From an uncultured Bacteroidales bacterium (lineage in GTDB: Bacteria; Bacteroidota; Bacteroidia; Bacteroidales; Bacteroidaceae): 36,600 bases of DNA. The translations under genes and the position numbers were made by a program. Positions 8,614 to 18,378 of this stretch are shown in pieces (position 1 is the first letter of the stretch; the number at the start of each line of letters is the position of its first letter). The notes below the pieces were generated by a model, which ran no database searches, was not told the DNA's origin, and saw nothing but the letters and a program-made list of their open reading frames with translations. The stretch spans positions 1-36,600 of the forward strand of contig CADBSN010000056.1 of NCBI GenBank assembly GCA_902797255.1. The letters run 5' to 3'.

Positions 8614-10554
8614 ATGAGAGTATTGCGTATAAATAGTAGTTCTGTTTTTGTGGCGCTTGTGTTGATGGCCATTATTCTCTGCGGATGTGATGAACATAGA
8701 AGATATGTGGGTAAGATGCATCATATTGTTGTGTTTCACTCATGGTCGGACGAGGGTGATGAGGGTGAGACTTTTTCCAAGACCATGGACGAAGCTCTAG
8801 AGTATCACAGAATGTACGCAACGGTACACCATATTTATCTTGATATGGCCAGTCATACTCCTGACGAAATCGATAAAACATTTTGGGATTCGTATGCAGA
8901 TTCCTTGAAAGCCTGGAAGCCTGAACTGATATTAATCAATGATGACCCGGCGATGCAATGGATGATGAGAGGCAAGCACGATGATGTTTTTAAAGAACTG
9001 CCCGTCGTCTTTGCCGGTGTCAACAGTCCGGATTTGGAATGGTTGCAAGACTACATGAATGTCACAGGATTCGTAGACAGATTAGAGGTTCCTAAGACTT
9101 GTGAGATGATTACGAAGCTGACAGGCGAAAAGACAATCATCATTGAATTGGACAACTATCCACACGACCGTTTCCTGCGCGAATTGATTAAGGATGACTT
9201 AGCCGCAGACTCCGGATTTATCGATAATAGCGATTTCCATTTGGAATTAGGTTCTCCAGAATACGAGGAGGCCATCAAGAATCAGACCTGCGTGATGATG
9301 GTATCATGCCAGAACCCATTGTTAGATATTGAACCGTCACGAAAGGAAAAGACCATCAAGATGATGAAAAACCTGATGAAGAACGCACATGATTATACGT
9401 TCTTGCAGGTGAAGTTTGATGTGTATAGTAATACTTTGCAGACTCGTGGCGGAAGACCGATGTTCACCTGTATCCGCGAGCAGTTTAATCAACCGGACAA
9501 TCCTAGAATCATCGGTGGTTACTTTACGGATCTCCGTACTCAAGTGTTTGACCAAATTCAGTATGCAGCTGCAATTTTGGAGGACGGACAGACCCCTGAT
9601 GCCATACCGATATCATTGCATTCCAAGGAACATCTGATTGACCATAACGCAATCGCTGCATTTAACCATCAGGAGTCGCGCCATTTGGATATGTTGGGGG
9701 GATTGAGAGAAATCCTTGTTGAAGGATGGGGCGAAGAGTATAATATCGTCAACACTCCATTCTACTTGAAGAACCGTCGATACTGGATTGTCGGTGTGGT
9801 TCTGTTCATTATTGCTTTTTGCATCGTCACTTCTTGGGTGGTGAAATTTATCAATAAACGAGTGACGGCTTATCGTGAAAAATTGACAGAAGAGATGGAC
9901 GAGGCGTTGAACTTCCGTCGTAACATCCTTTCGGATGCAGATTCCGCAGTATGGAAGTTTACGCATAATTCCGTGCAGTTTACGAGTGAGTTTGCGAAGA
10001 CGCATGGTATCAAACGTAGAATGAAATTCTCTGTATTTGAGAAGCATATCCATCCGGATTATATGAAGGAATGGAACAGACTGAAGAATTACCGTACAGA
10101 CTTAGGCCGCAGACGACTCAGATTGCAGATAGAGTTTCAACGAGGCTCGGGCTGGCATTGGTATGACTTTATATATAATGTAACAACAGAGGCCAGTTTC
10201 CGATGGGAGTTGAACGGACTGATTATCAGTACAGATGAGGTGATGACTCAGAAGCAGCAACTGATGGATGCTGTGAAGGATGCGAAAGAAGTAGAACTGA
10301 AAGAGAAGTTCCTTGCTAATTTCCGACATGTCTTGCAAGAACCATTGCAGACGGTTCTGAGGAATGCTCGTAAAATCATTTCAGGTACAGAGCAACAGAC
10401 AGAAGAGCAGCAAGAACAATATAACAAAGAACTCCATCAAGGAGCAACAGAGCTGATTGGGAATATCGATGCACTTGTTGCTGAGGTTCAGCCTATTGTG
10501 AATACTGCTGATGCAAGTTCTACACTTGGGACAGAAACGACAGGATTGATTTAA
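8614..10554 (+). CDS. Sensor protein, type A paralog: periplasmic ABC_sub_bind/PBP-like domain, TM helix, PAS-like segment and DHp with His, but no HATPase_c domain
   Basis: Lipobox ILCGC. PBP-like motif: PVVFAGVNSP...NVTGFVD. TM helix YWIVGVVLFIIAFCIVTSWVV. H-box FLANFRHVLQEPL. The protein ends about 75 aa after the H-box. Confidence 0.8.
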   Translation: MRVLRINSSSVFVALVLMAIILCGCDEHRRYVGKMHHIVVFHSWSDEGDEGETFSKTMDEALEYHRMYATVHHIYLDMASHTPDEIDKTFWDSYADSLKAWKPELILINDDPAMQWMMRGKHDDVFKELPVVFAGVNSPDLEWLQDYMNVTGFVDRLEVPKTCEMITKLTGEKTIIIELDNYPHDRFLRELIKDDLAADSGFIDNSDFHLELGSPEYEEAIKNQTCVMMVSCQNPLLDIEPSRKEKTIKMMKNLMKNAHDYTFLQVKFDVYSNTLQTRGGRPMFTCIREQFNQPDNPRIIGGYFTDLRTQVFDQIQYAAAILEDGQTPDAIPISLHSKEHLIDHNAIAAFNHQESRHLDMLGGLREILVEGWGEEYNIVNTPFYLKNRRYWIVGVVLFIIAFCIVTSWVVKFINKRVTAYREKLTEEMDEALNFRRNILSDADSAVWKFTHNSVQFTSEFAKTHGIKRRMKFSVFEKHIHPDYMKEWNRLKNYRTDLGRRRLRLQIEFQRGSGWHWYDFIYNVTTEASFRWELNGLIISTDEVMTQKQQLMDAVKDAKEVELKEKFLANFRHVLQEPLQTVLRNARKIISGTEQQTEEQQEQYNKELHQGATELIGNIDALVAEVQPIVNTADASSTLGTETTGLI

Positions 10555-10557
10555 AGA

Positions 10558-12882
10558 GTGATTGACGAATTGAACAATAGAATAAAATTGAAGAAGGCAT
10601 TCTACATATTGCAGAGAGTGATGGTGCTAGCTGGCATGATCGGATTGTTGTATGGATGTACCCCCAAACGTTCGATTAAAGTGCTGGTTGTGCATCAATA
10701 TAATGAAGAGCTGGTTACCTATGACCCATTCGATGAAGCCATCATTGACGAATTCAGAGACGAAGGATACGATCCTACAATCGTGAACTATTACATGGAT
10801 TTGGAAGATCAGGCTCAGATGGATTCGCATAAGATTTTGGTGGAGATGCGTGATTCGCTTCAAAAGAGGAATTGGACACCGGATGTGATTCTTGCGGAAG
10901 GAGACAGAACTTTGTTCCAATGGAATAAATCGGATAACGAATCCGTCCTGTCATGGTGTAAAGAGATTCCGATTGTGTATGGAGGAATTCGTTACTACAA
11001 TATTCCTGTCTTTGCAAATAAAGAAAATTCATATATCATCTCTGAGCAGATAAACATGCGCAGGAATATGGATATCATCACCCGACTGACACATAGCAAG
11101 ATTGTCGCTATCGAGTTGGACCATTACCACGAAGACTCGTTGATTTATACTCAGATCAATCATCAGTTGGGTAAATCACCATATTCTGTAGTCAAAGATA
11201 GTACGGGATATGTGCAAGGACGATTGGATCCCGTCATTCATTGTAATGATACGTTAGACATTTATTTCTATTCTTCGGAATGGGACGAAGAGAGTACGGG
11301 TATGTACGCTATGTCGGCAGATGCCGATCAGACGGATTCGCTGATTGTGCCTACTATTATGAATCGACAGGTGCTGTTGGACAATATGTATCAAAATGCC
11401 TGGAGATATCCGGTTCTTGTTCCTAAAAAAGATGTGTGGTGTGAAGCCATCTCGTCAAAGACCTATCGGCCACAGTTTACAACCTGCCATGAGTTGTTCC
11501 AAGATGGAAAAGGCTCTTATCTTGCGGGCTACTTTACCAGCTATCCTATAATGGCGCAAGATATGGTTCAGGTGGCTGTTGGGGTACATGAGGGCAACAG
11601 GATGCCAAAGAGGAGTATGCATAGCCAGAATGCTCACATGGATTATATCGCGATGAAGAAGTTGGGCATGAAATACGGTGATTACAAAGATGACTTCATC
11701 ATCGACAATGCTCCAATGAAGGTGACAGATCCGCTGCTTTATAGTATTGTGACCTTTGGATATATCGTATTGGCAGTCTTGGTTATCTTAATGGTTACCC
11801 TGATTTGGTTGAAGAATCGAAAGGATTCAATCCGAAACATTTCGGCCATGCTTGATGAAGAAAGGGAGATGAACCAGTTGGCGATAGATGCCTCAGGAAA
11901 CTTCTATTTCTCAACGTTGAAAGGTTTGGAGCGTGTGTTAGACAGTATGGCTCCAGATCAGGAAAAATGTAAGGACGACATCAACAAGTCGTTGAAGGAT
12001 ATGGGTACGCATACTCATTCATACCGTGTTAGGGCTGCGATGGACGAAGAGAAAAATATGGCGTGGTGGAATTTGCGATATCAAGTTAATTACAATACTG
12101 CTGTTGGTTTTAATATCGAGGGATATTTGCTCAACGTGAATGATGATGTGAACTATGCCAACGAAATGGAGCAGATTCAGAAGATTGCTGATGAGACCAA
12201 GCGTACAGAGGGGTTCCTTTGGACGATGGCGCATGAAATACGTACACCACTCAATTCTATTGTGGGTTTCTGTGATGTGATTAAGATGATGGGTAATGAA
12301 ATGAGCGAGCAGGAGTGGACACAGATTGTTCAGGGAATAGAGTCGAATAACCAGTTGCTTGAAAAGATTGTGTACGATATGGAGGGATACTCACGTGCTG
12401 TTGCTCACGAGGTGGTTTATGAAAAGGAACCAATCAATGTGGATGATTTGATGGAGGAAGTGTTTTCTGAGAATTCTTCTCGTTTTGAGAAGCAGGGATT
12501 GAAGTTCAATCTGGTAAAGGGACGTAGCGATGTGCAGGTGAATGCTGACAGAGGAAGATTGAAAGAATCATTGTGTCAGTTGGTTGATAACGCATTAAAA
12601 TTCACTCAGAAAGGTAGTGTCGCTTTGGGTTGGGAGTATAATCTGGATCATGGAAATGTAGAATTGTTTGTGGAAGATTCTGGAATCGGTATTAACGCAG
12701 AAGACCTACCTCTCATTTATGATATGTTCTGGAAGAAAGATACATTTGTTCCTGGTGTAGGTATCGGTCTGGCTTTAGCCAAGACCTATATTGAAGCAAT
12801 GGGTGGAAAAATATCTGTGGTGAGCGAAAAAGATCTAGGAAGCCGTTTTATTGTTGTATTAAAAGTGATTGAATCAGCATGA
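10558..12882 (+). CDS. Sensor histidine kinase, type B paralog: PBP-like periplasmic domain with a canonical HisKA and HATPase_c
   Basis: Lipobox LLYGC. H-box MAHEIRTPLNSIVGF. N box VDNALKFT. G1 EDSGIGI. G2 GVGIGLALAK. GTG start 3 nt after the upstream stop. Confidence 0.85.
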   Translation: MIDELNNRIKLKKAFYILQRVMVLAGMIGLLYGCTPKRSIKVLVVHQYNEELVTYDPFDEAIIDEFRDEGYDPTIVNYYMDLEDQAQMDSHKILVEMRDSLQKRNWTPDVILAEGDRTLFQWNKSDNESVLSWCKEIPIVYGGIRYYNIPVFANKENSYIISEQINMRRNMDIITRLTHSKIVAIELDHYHEDSLIYTQINHQLGKSPYSVVKDSTGYVQGRLDPVIHCNDTLDIYFYSSEWDEESTGMYAMSADADQTDSLIVPTIMNRQVLLDNMYQNAWRYPVLVPKKDVWCEAISSKTYRPQFTTCHELFQDGKGSYLAGYFTSYPIMAQDMVQVAVGVHEGNRMPKRSMHSQNAHMDYIAMKKLGMKYGDYKDDFIIDNAPMKVTDPLLYSIVTFGYIVLAVLVILMVTLIWLKNRKDSIRNISAMLDEEREMNQLAIDASGNFYFSTLKGLERVLDSMAPDQEKCKDDINKSLKDMGTHTHSYRVRAAMDEEKNMAWWNLRYQVNYNTAVGFNIEGYLLNVNDDVNYANEMEQIQKIADETKRTEGFLWTMAHEIRTPLNSIVGFCDVIKMMGNEMSEQEWTQIVQGIESNNQLLEKIVYDMEGYSRAVAHEVVYEKEPINVDDLMEEVFSENSSRFEKQGLKFNLVKGRSDVQVNADRGRLKESLCQLVDNALKFTQKGSVALGWEYNLDHGNVELFVEDSGIGINAEDLPLIYDMFWKKDTFVPGVGIGLALAKTYIEAMGGKISVVSEKDLGSRFIVVLKVIESA

Positions 12883-15260
12883 AATTGATAAAATACATAT
12901 CATTCGTTATTGTCACAACCTTCCTGTTGATAGGATGTGGTAGAGGCTCTGGTGAAGATGCTGATTATCGTGTTTTTGTGATTCACTCAAACGATAGCAT
13001 TGGTGAGGATGGAGCCCCCTATCAGCAGTATATGGCAAAACGTTTCGAGGAAGAAGGAATCAACGCAAAAATCTCCCACTTTTATGCCGATTTTATTCAC
13101 ACGCCAACGAAAAATCTGATTGTTGAAAGTTTGGAGGGTTTGAAGAGGTTGAAGAAATTTAACCCCGATGTGATTATTGTCGACGGAGACGGAATGACGA
13201 ATATACTCCTCAAAGATGTCAGTAGTTTCTCTCCTGAGGCTGAGGCAGAGAAGAGGGCAGTCTTTGAGAAAATACCAATAGTGTTTGGTGGTGTCAATCA
13301 GTTGGATCGTGAAGCTTTGTCTCACCACAAGAACATGACAGGATTTGTTGACGAGATAGACTTGAAACGTAATTTGGAAATCGTCAATAAGATTACCGGT
13401 AGTCATAATGTGCTGATAGAACTTGACCATTTTGCGAACGATTCTTTGTTACAGCGTGATTTGAAACGACAGATTCAGGATAGTAGATTTGTTGACAACT
13501 CAGACTTTCATGTGCATAAATTAGATGTTCAGTCGGTAGCAAAAGAGTTTCCTGATAAGATTGTGGTTAGTTTCATCTCTTCTGCAGAACCAGAAACCAA
13601 TAGCTGTTTCGATGATCCTTTGTTGATGTCCTTTGGAAAAGACCGTGCGTTGTTGCGTGGGTTGTTGCATACTTTGAAGGGTAATTGGCTGCTACAGGTA
13701 AAGAACGATATCTTCAGCAATAGCTTCCTTCGTCATACAGAGCATCCTCAGTTTACGGCGATTCGTGCAAAGTTTAACAATCCAGAAGAAGTGCGTTTGC
13801 TGGGAGGTTACTTCTCGCTGATGGAGACGCAGGTCGATGATGTTGTGGGTTATGCCGTACAGATTCTGCACGGAGCGAACCCTCAGAGTCTCCCCGTCAA
13901 GATTCATAACTCCGACTATTATATGGACTATAATGCCATGATCAAATGGACGGCAACACCGATGGATTATGATGACTATAAAGATAGTTTCACGATTCTT
14001 AATGTTCCATTTAAGGTGCGTCATCCATTCGTCTTTTGGATTTGTGTCTTATTCCTGGTAATGTTAGTTTTTGGAATTATCAGCTATTTCGGTTATTATA
14101 TGCTGAATTATAAATCGGCAAATGAGCGTATCATGACAACGATTATGCGACGTGAGAAAATCCGTCGTTTGATGTTGATTCATTCTCAGAACTTGATTTA
14201 TTGGTTTATTGACAATGATCAGATACGTCTGCAAAAAGGATTTGCTGATAAGTACGGACTTCCTCAGGAGATGCTACTTGATGACTTTGGAAAGATGGTC
14301 ATGAAAGATAGCGTTTTTGCCTGGAAACTGATTACAGAGTATGGTGATGAGACTGGCTCTAACAAAGTGCGAATACATCTGCAACTTACGCCAGAGGAAG
14401 CACATTGGATAGAATTCCGCTTCAATTCTACGCATGAATTAAGGCGTAAACGCTCGTTGATGGGAACGGCGGTGATCTGTGATGAAGAAGTGGAGGAAGA
14501 GGAGAATATTGATCGCTTGAACGCTATTGCCAACGAGAGTGTGTTGCGTCAGTCATTCCTCAGCAACATGAGTCGGAACATCCGAAATCCGTTGAACGGT
14601 GTGTTGGGTTTCTCACAATTGATTGCTGCGGATGATTTGCAGTTCAGCAAAGAGGAGTTGGAAGACTTCAATCAACAACTGAAAGAGAATGCCCAAGAGA
14701 TTATTCAGGCAATAGAAGATACGTTGCAGGAGTCACGTCATGAACTTGAAGACATAGAGTTGCGACCGATTGCTACACCTGCCCGTGATTTCATGAATAC
14801 CATTTATCAATCTAATCAATTGATTATGCCGTCACACCTCCAGTTACGTTTGATGTGTGATGCTGAGGATGCGTTTGTAATGATGGCTCCGGCCTATACG
14901 CGTACTGTCATGAATGAATTTATCAATAACGCGATCAAATACACGGTGACAGGATATATCGAGATAGGGTATACAGTATTGCTAGGAAAAGATTTAGTGA
15001 AATTCTATTGTAAGGACACGGGTATTGGACTTAGTGAGGAAAATCTTCCGCGTGTCTTCGATAGTCATTTCAAAGTACTTGAATACGAAAAAGGTGCAGG
15101 TCAAGGACTCGCAAATGCCAAGACTATTATTGAAAAGGAAGATGGTGAAATCGGTGCTGAGAGTCAAGAAGGGGTTGGCAGCACGTTCTGGTTTACGTTG
15201 AAAAAAATCGATGCCAATCTTGTTGCGGAATTGGAAGAGAAGGAAAAAATGCAAGTATAA
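12879..15260 (+). CDS. Sensor kinase-like protein, type A paralog: phospho-acceptor His replaced by Arg, HATPase_c boxes intact
   Basis: Lipobox LLIGC. PBP-like motif: IPIVFGGVNQ...NMTGFVDE. H-box position reads FLSNMSRNIRNPLNGVLGF. N box NNAIKYT. G1 KDTGIGL. G2 GAGQGLANAK. ATGA overlap with the upstream gene. Confidence 0.85.
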   Translation: MKLIKYISFVIVTTFLLIGCGRGSGEDADYRVFVIHSNDSIGEDGAPYQQYMAKRFEEEGINAKISHFYADFIHTPTKNLIVESLEGLKRLKKFNPDVIIVDGDGMTNILLKDVSSFSPEAEAEKRAVFEKIPIVFGGVNQLDREALSHHKNMTGFVDEIDLKRNLEIVNKITGSHNVLIELDHFANDSLLQRDLKRQIQDSRFVDNSDFHVHKLDVQSVAKEFPDKIVVSFISSAEPETNSCFDDPLLMSFGKDRALLRGLLHTLKGNWLLQVKNDIFSNSFLRHTEHPQFTAIRAKFNNPEEVRLLGGYFSLMETQVDDVVGYAVQILHGANPQSLPVKIHNSDYYMDYNAMIKWTATPMDYDDYKDSFTILNVPFKVRHPFVFWICVLFLVMLVFGIISYFGYYMLNYKSANERIMTTIMRREKIRRLMLIHSQNLIYWFIDNDQIRLQKGFADKYGLPQEMLLDDFGKMVMKDSVFAWKLITEYGDETGSNKVRIHLQLTPEEAHWIEFRFNSTHELRRKRSLMGTAVICDEEVEEEENIDRLNAIANESVLRQSFLSNMSRNIRNPLNGVLGFSQLIAADDLQFSKEELEDFNQQLKENAQEIIQAIEDTLQESRHELEDIELRPIATPARDFMNTIYQSNQLIMPSHLQLRLMCDAEDAFVMMAPAYTRTVMNEFINNAIKYTVTGYIEIGYTVLLGKDLVKFYCKDTGIGLSEENLPRVFDSHFKVLEYEKGAGQGLANAKTIIEKEDGEIGAESQEGVGSTFWFTLKKIDANLVAELEEKEKMQV

Positions 15261-15263
15261 CGA

Positions 15264-17540
15264 ATGAGAAAAACTATCATATATATCATGACCATCATTC
15301 TCTCAGCATTATTGTTGGGAGGCATATTGGCATGTAATAACGAAAATAACCAGCGTAAGCATGTGCTTATACTTCTGACCAATGATAGTCAGCATGTCCA
15401 GTATACTGATTTCGTCAAGGAAATCCAGCAAACCATTGAATTGAGTGGCTATGCTACTGAATGCAAGGTGGTGTATATGGATCTCGAATATGCGCCAGAT
15501 GCTGCATATACAGTATTGCGTCAGATGAATGATTCATTGCAGAAGATTGGATGGGTTCCAAATGTTATCATCACAGAGAACGACCGTTCAGCTCGTATTC
15601 TACTCGCTGATACTTCCAATACGTTCTTTAATTTGAAGCAAACGCCAATCGTACTTGGATCGATTAGCTACCCTGAGGAGATTAATCTAGAAGGAAGGAC
15701 CAATATCTGTATGTGGATCAACAAGATTGATTTTTATGAGAATATCAAGCTTGCATATTCATTGTCGGGCAGCAATCAAGTACAAATAGAACTAGATAAT
15801 TTCATCTATGATGTGCTGATACGACGTGAGTTGAATGAGGCCATCAGTCGTCCTCCGTTTGTCAGGAATTTCGACGGGGAGTTGGGGCTTTTTAGTGAGC
15901 AGCAACTTTCGGAGAAATATAAAGATAGTATCGTGGTCACTACTCAAAGAATCGATTATGGCTGGTACGATATCCATAATCCAAGCGATACAGTTTTGAA
16001 ACGTAGGGAGCAACTGCGTACTTTCTTTAAGCAGTCGAGTAAGTATCCTACGCTTGTGGTGAAGAAAGATTTCTATTGCGATGCGATTGCCACAAAATCC
16101 AATCTCCCGCAATATACAGCCATTGCTACAGATTTTGCTGATGGAATGGGTAGTTATCTTGCTGGTTACTTCGCAAGTTATAGTACGATTGCTCACGATT
16201 GTGGTTTAGCTACAGCCCGTATATTTAACGGTGCTAATCCACGTAGCATCAGTGGGCAAGCCCATAAGAAGTATTTCTGGATGGACTATGATGCCATGCA
16301 GAAAATGGGTATGAAGTACGATGATTATATTGATCAATTCCGCATCGTTAACGCTCCGTTTGAAATTGAGCATCCAACGTTGTATCTGGTGCTTATCATT
16401 TCTGGAGTTTTATTCACACTACTTGTTTTGTTCGGTATATGGCTTATCGTTTCAAAGATGCGTAAGGGTTTGCAGGAAGAAAAAATGCAGGTAATAGGCC
16501 GTTCTCGAAACATTAGCCGATTGTGTTTGAACAGTATTGAGAATATGCCTATCGAGACAATAGACGATATCAAGAAATATATTTCATTAGCTCATCCTAA
16601 GAGTAAGAAAGAAATAGACCAGGTTCGCGAGAGTCTCAACAAACCAGGCTCTTACAGTTTCCTTATTTATTGTGCTCCAAAGGATGATGATAATTATCAG
16701 TGGTGGGAATTCCGATATGATATCACATCTTCAGACGTGATTGGATTAATCATCAATAAGCAAGAGGCAATCAAATTGAAGGAACGTCTGGATAGTGTTA
16801 CGCGTAGTAGTAATGAGGCGAGTCTTAAAGAAGCCTTCTTCAACAACCTTAGTAAGGAAGTGAAGAAGCCGCTAGATGAGATGTGTAGTGCTTGCGACAG
16901 GTTGGTCAATGATAAATTGACAAAGACCGAGCGTGAAAAGGTAGTTGCCGAACTGCAGGAGAGTAGTGAATCTGTTTCTCAGGGTCTGGGTGACATCCTC
17001 CTTTTCTCTAAAATAGAATCTGGACGTCTTAGATATGTGATAACGGAGAAGGATGCAGGTGATTTCTTAACAGGATTCTATCATGAAGTATCTTCAAAAG
17101 TCCCATCACATCTTAAGTTTGTGTTGATTCCCGGACGTCCAGGTGTGTATGCACAGGCTGACTTCGATCGACTCCGTAATGTGTTGACCCAGTTCTTACT
17201 GAACGCAATCAAATTCACGAAAGAGGGATCTATCGAGATAGGGTGGCGCTATCATCTGGATAGCCATGAGTGCGAGTTCTTTGTTGAGGATACAGGAATC
17301 GGTATTCCTGCAGCATCAAAAGAAAGACTATTTGACCTCTTCTGGAAGGGTGATGAGACCTCTGACGGCGTCGGAGTGGGACTTAATATCTGCCGTAGTC
17401 TAACCGAAGCGATGGAGGGACATATCACTGTGGGAAGTATCGTAGGAAAAGGTAGTCGATTCAGTATTTGGTTACCAGCAAGGGCTGTCTCACAGGGTCA
17501 GGAGTTGCCAGAACCACAAGGCACCACAAAGATTTTGTAG
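15264..17540 (+). CDS. Sensor kinase-like protein, type B paralog: phospho-acceptor His replaced by Lys, HATPase_c boxes intact
   Basis: Lipobox ILAC. H-box position reads FFNNLSKEVKKPL, followed by LLFSKIESGRL. N box LNAIKFT. G1 EDTGIGI. G2 GVGVGLNICR. Confidence 0.85.
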   Translation: MRKTIIYIMTIILSALLLGGILACNNENNQRKHVLILLTNDSQHVQYTDFVKEIQQTIELSGYATECKVVYMDLEYAPDAAYTVLRQMNDSLQKIGWVPNVIITENDRSARILLADTSNTFFNLKQTPIVLGSISYPEEINLEGRTNICMWINKIDFYENIKLAYSLSGSNQVQIELDNFIYDVLIRRELNEAISRPPFVRNFDGELGLFSEQQLSEKYKDSIVVTTQRIDYGWYDIHNPSDTVLKRREQLRTFFKQSSKYPTLVVKKDFYCDAIATKSNLPQYTAIATDFADGMGSYLAGYFASYSTIAHDCGLATARIFNGANPRSISGQAHKKYFWMDYDAMQKMGMKYDDYIDQFRIVNAPFEIEHPTLYLVLIISGVLFTLLVLFGIWLIVSKMRKGLQEEKMQVIGRSRNISRLCLNSIENMPIETIDDIKKYISLAHPKSKKEIDQVRESLNKPGSYSFLIYCAPKDDDNYQWWEFRYDITSSDVIGLIINKQEAIKLKERLDSVTRSSNEASLKEAFFNNLSKEVKKPLDEMCSACDRLVNDKLTKTEREKVVAELQESSESVSQGLGDILLFSKIESGRLRYVITEKDAGDFLTGFYHEVSSKVPSHLKFVLIPGRPGVYAQADFDRLRNVLTQFLLNAIKFTKEGSIEIGWRYHLDSHECEFFVEDTGIGIPAASKERLFDLFWKGDETSDGVGVGLNICRSLTEAMEGHITVGSIVGKGSRFSIWLPARAVSQGQELPEPQGTTKIL

Positions 17541-17567
17541 TTGCCCATTGAGAACATACAACATAAC

Positions 17568-17597
17568 AAAAACCGAAAGTTGAATGCTTTCGGTTTT
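17568..17597. terminator. Bidirectional intrinsic terminator between the sensor array and hsp20
   Basis: The hairpin aaaaaccgaaag-ttgaatg-ctttcggtttt has U-tracts on both strands. Confidence 0.7.
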
Positions 17598-17625
17598 CTT
17601 GTTGTCTAACTTCTTCTTTTTCCTA

Positions 17626-18060
17626 TCAACTGATGATTATCTGCTGTGAAGCCTTTGCCTCTTCCTTTGCTTCGATCTTCGGAAGGGTTACGGTCAGTAT
17701 GCCGTTCTCAACTTTTGCGGCGATCTTCTTCTTGTCAACATCCTCTGGCAAAATCAAGGTCTGCATAAACTTGCAGTATGAGAACTCGCGACGTAGGTAG
17801 CGTGTAGTAGCTGCTTTCTTTTCTTCGTTTGCCTCGTTCTTCTTTTCCATCTTGATGACAAGGTCGTTGTCTTCGTTGATTTGGATGTTAAAGTCTTCTT
17901 TTGTCATTCCCGGGGCAGCCATTTCTACAATGTAGTCCTTCTCGCTTTCTGCTACGTTGATTGCTGGTGATGTGGCTTTTGTCTTAGGCATCCATGTGTT
18001 GTCGATGAAGTCGTTGAAAATCTCTGGAAGCCAGTAGTTGTTTCTTGTAATCTGTCTCAT
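17626..18060 (-). CDS. Hsp20/alpha-crystallin family small heat-shock protein
   Basis: Motifs: PAINVAESEKDYIVEMAAPGMTKEDFNIQI...REFSYCKFMQTLILPEDVDKKKIAAKVENGILTVTLPK. Confidence 0.9.
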   Translation of the reverse strand: MRQITRNNYWLPEIFNDFIDNTWMPKTKATSPAINVAESEKDYIVEMAAPGMTKEDFNIQINEDNDLVIKMEKKNEANEEKKAATTRYLRREFSYCKFMQTLILPEDVDKKKIAAKVENGILTVTLPKIEAKEEAKASQQIIIS

Positions 18061-18340
18061 AATCTAATCTCCTATTTTTTTATTGTTAAACATTTTTTGT
18101 TTCGTTTTCAATTGTTGAAATGCAAACGCTTGTGCCAATTGAAACAACGAAAGGAATTGTGTCAAATTGGCTGGGTTGTATGGCAATTTGGCCGAATTTC
18201 TAATATGGAACAGCAAAATAGTAAACAGAAAATGGTTAAATCGAAATCTCTTGAAACAGCGAGAACTGAGTTATATGGGTTAATTTACCTGAATCGTTGC
18301 AAGATTCTACAAAAAATTTTGTTGTTTGTGAAATTATTCT

Positions 18341-18348
18341 TATCTTTG
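18341..18348 (+). promoter_or_regulatory. -7 promoter motif TAtcTTTG for metX
   Basis: Ends 31 nt upstream of ATG 18379. Confidence 0.5.
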
Positions 18349-18378
18349 CAGGCTCAAACGAAGGAACGTTATTTTTTG

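Noticed and set aside
18121-18138. Sigma-54-like element TTGGCAC-aagcgt-TTGCA on the - strand, about 60 nt upstream of hsp20
   Set aside because: The GG and GC dinucleotides are spaced one base further apart than in the strict TGGCAC-N5-TTGC consensus, and no enhancer-binding protein gene is nearby. I keep it only as a note, because hsp20 otherwise lacks an obvious TAnnTTTG motif.
18097-18378. 94-codon N-terminal extension of metX in the ORF track
   Set aside because: The extension starts with a non-ATG codon and covers the TAtcTTTG promoter motif at 18341-18348. It has no similarity to the MetX fold. Homology begins right after ATG 18379.
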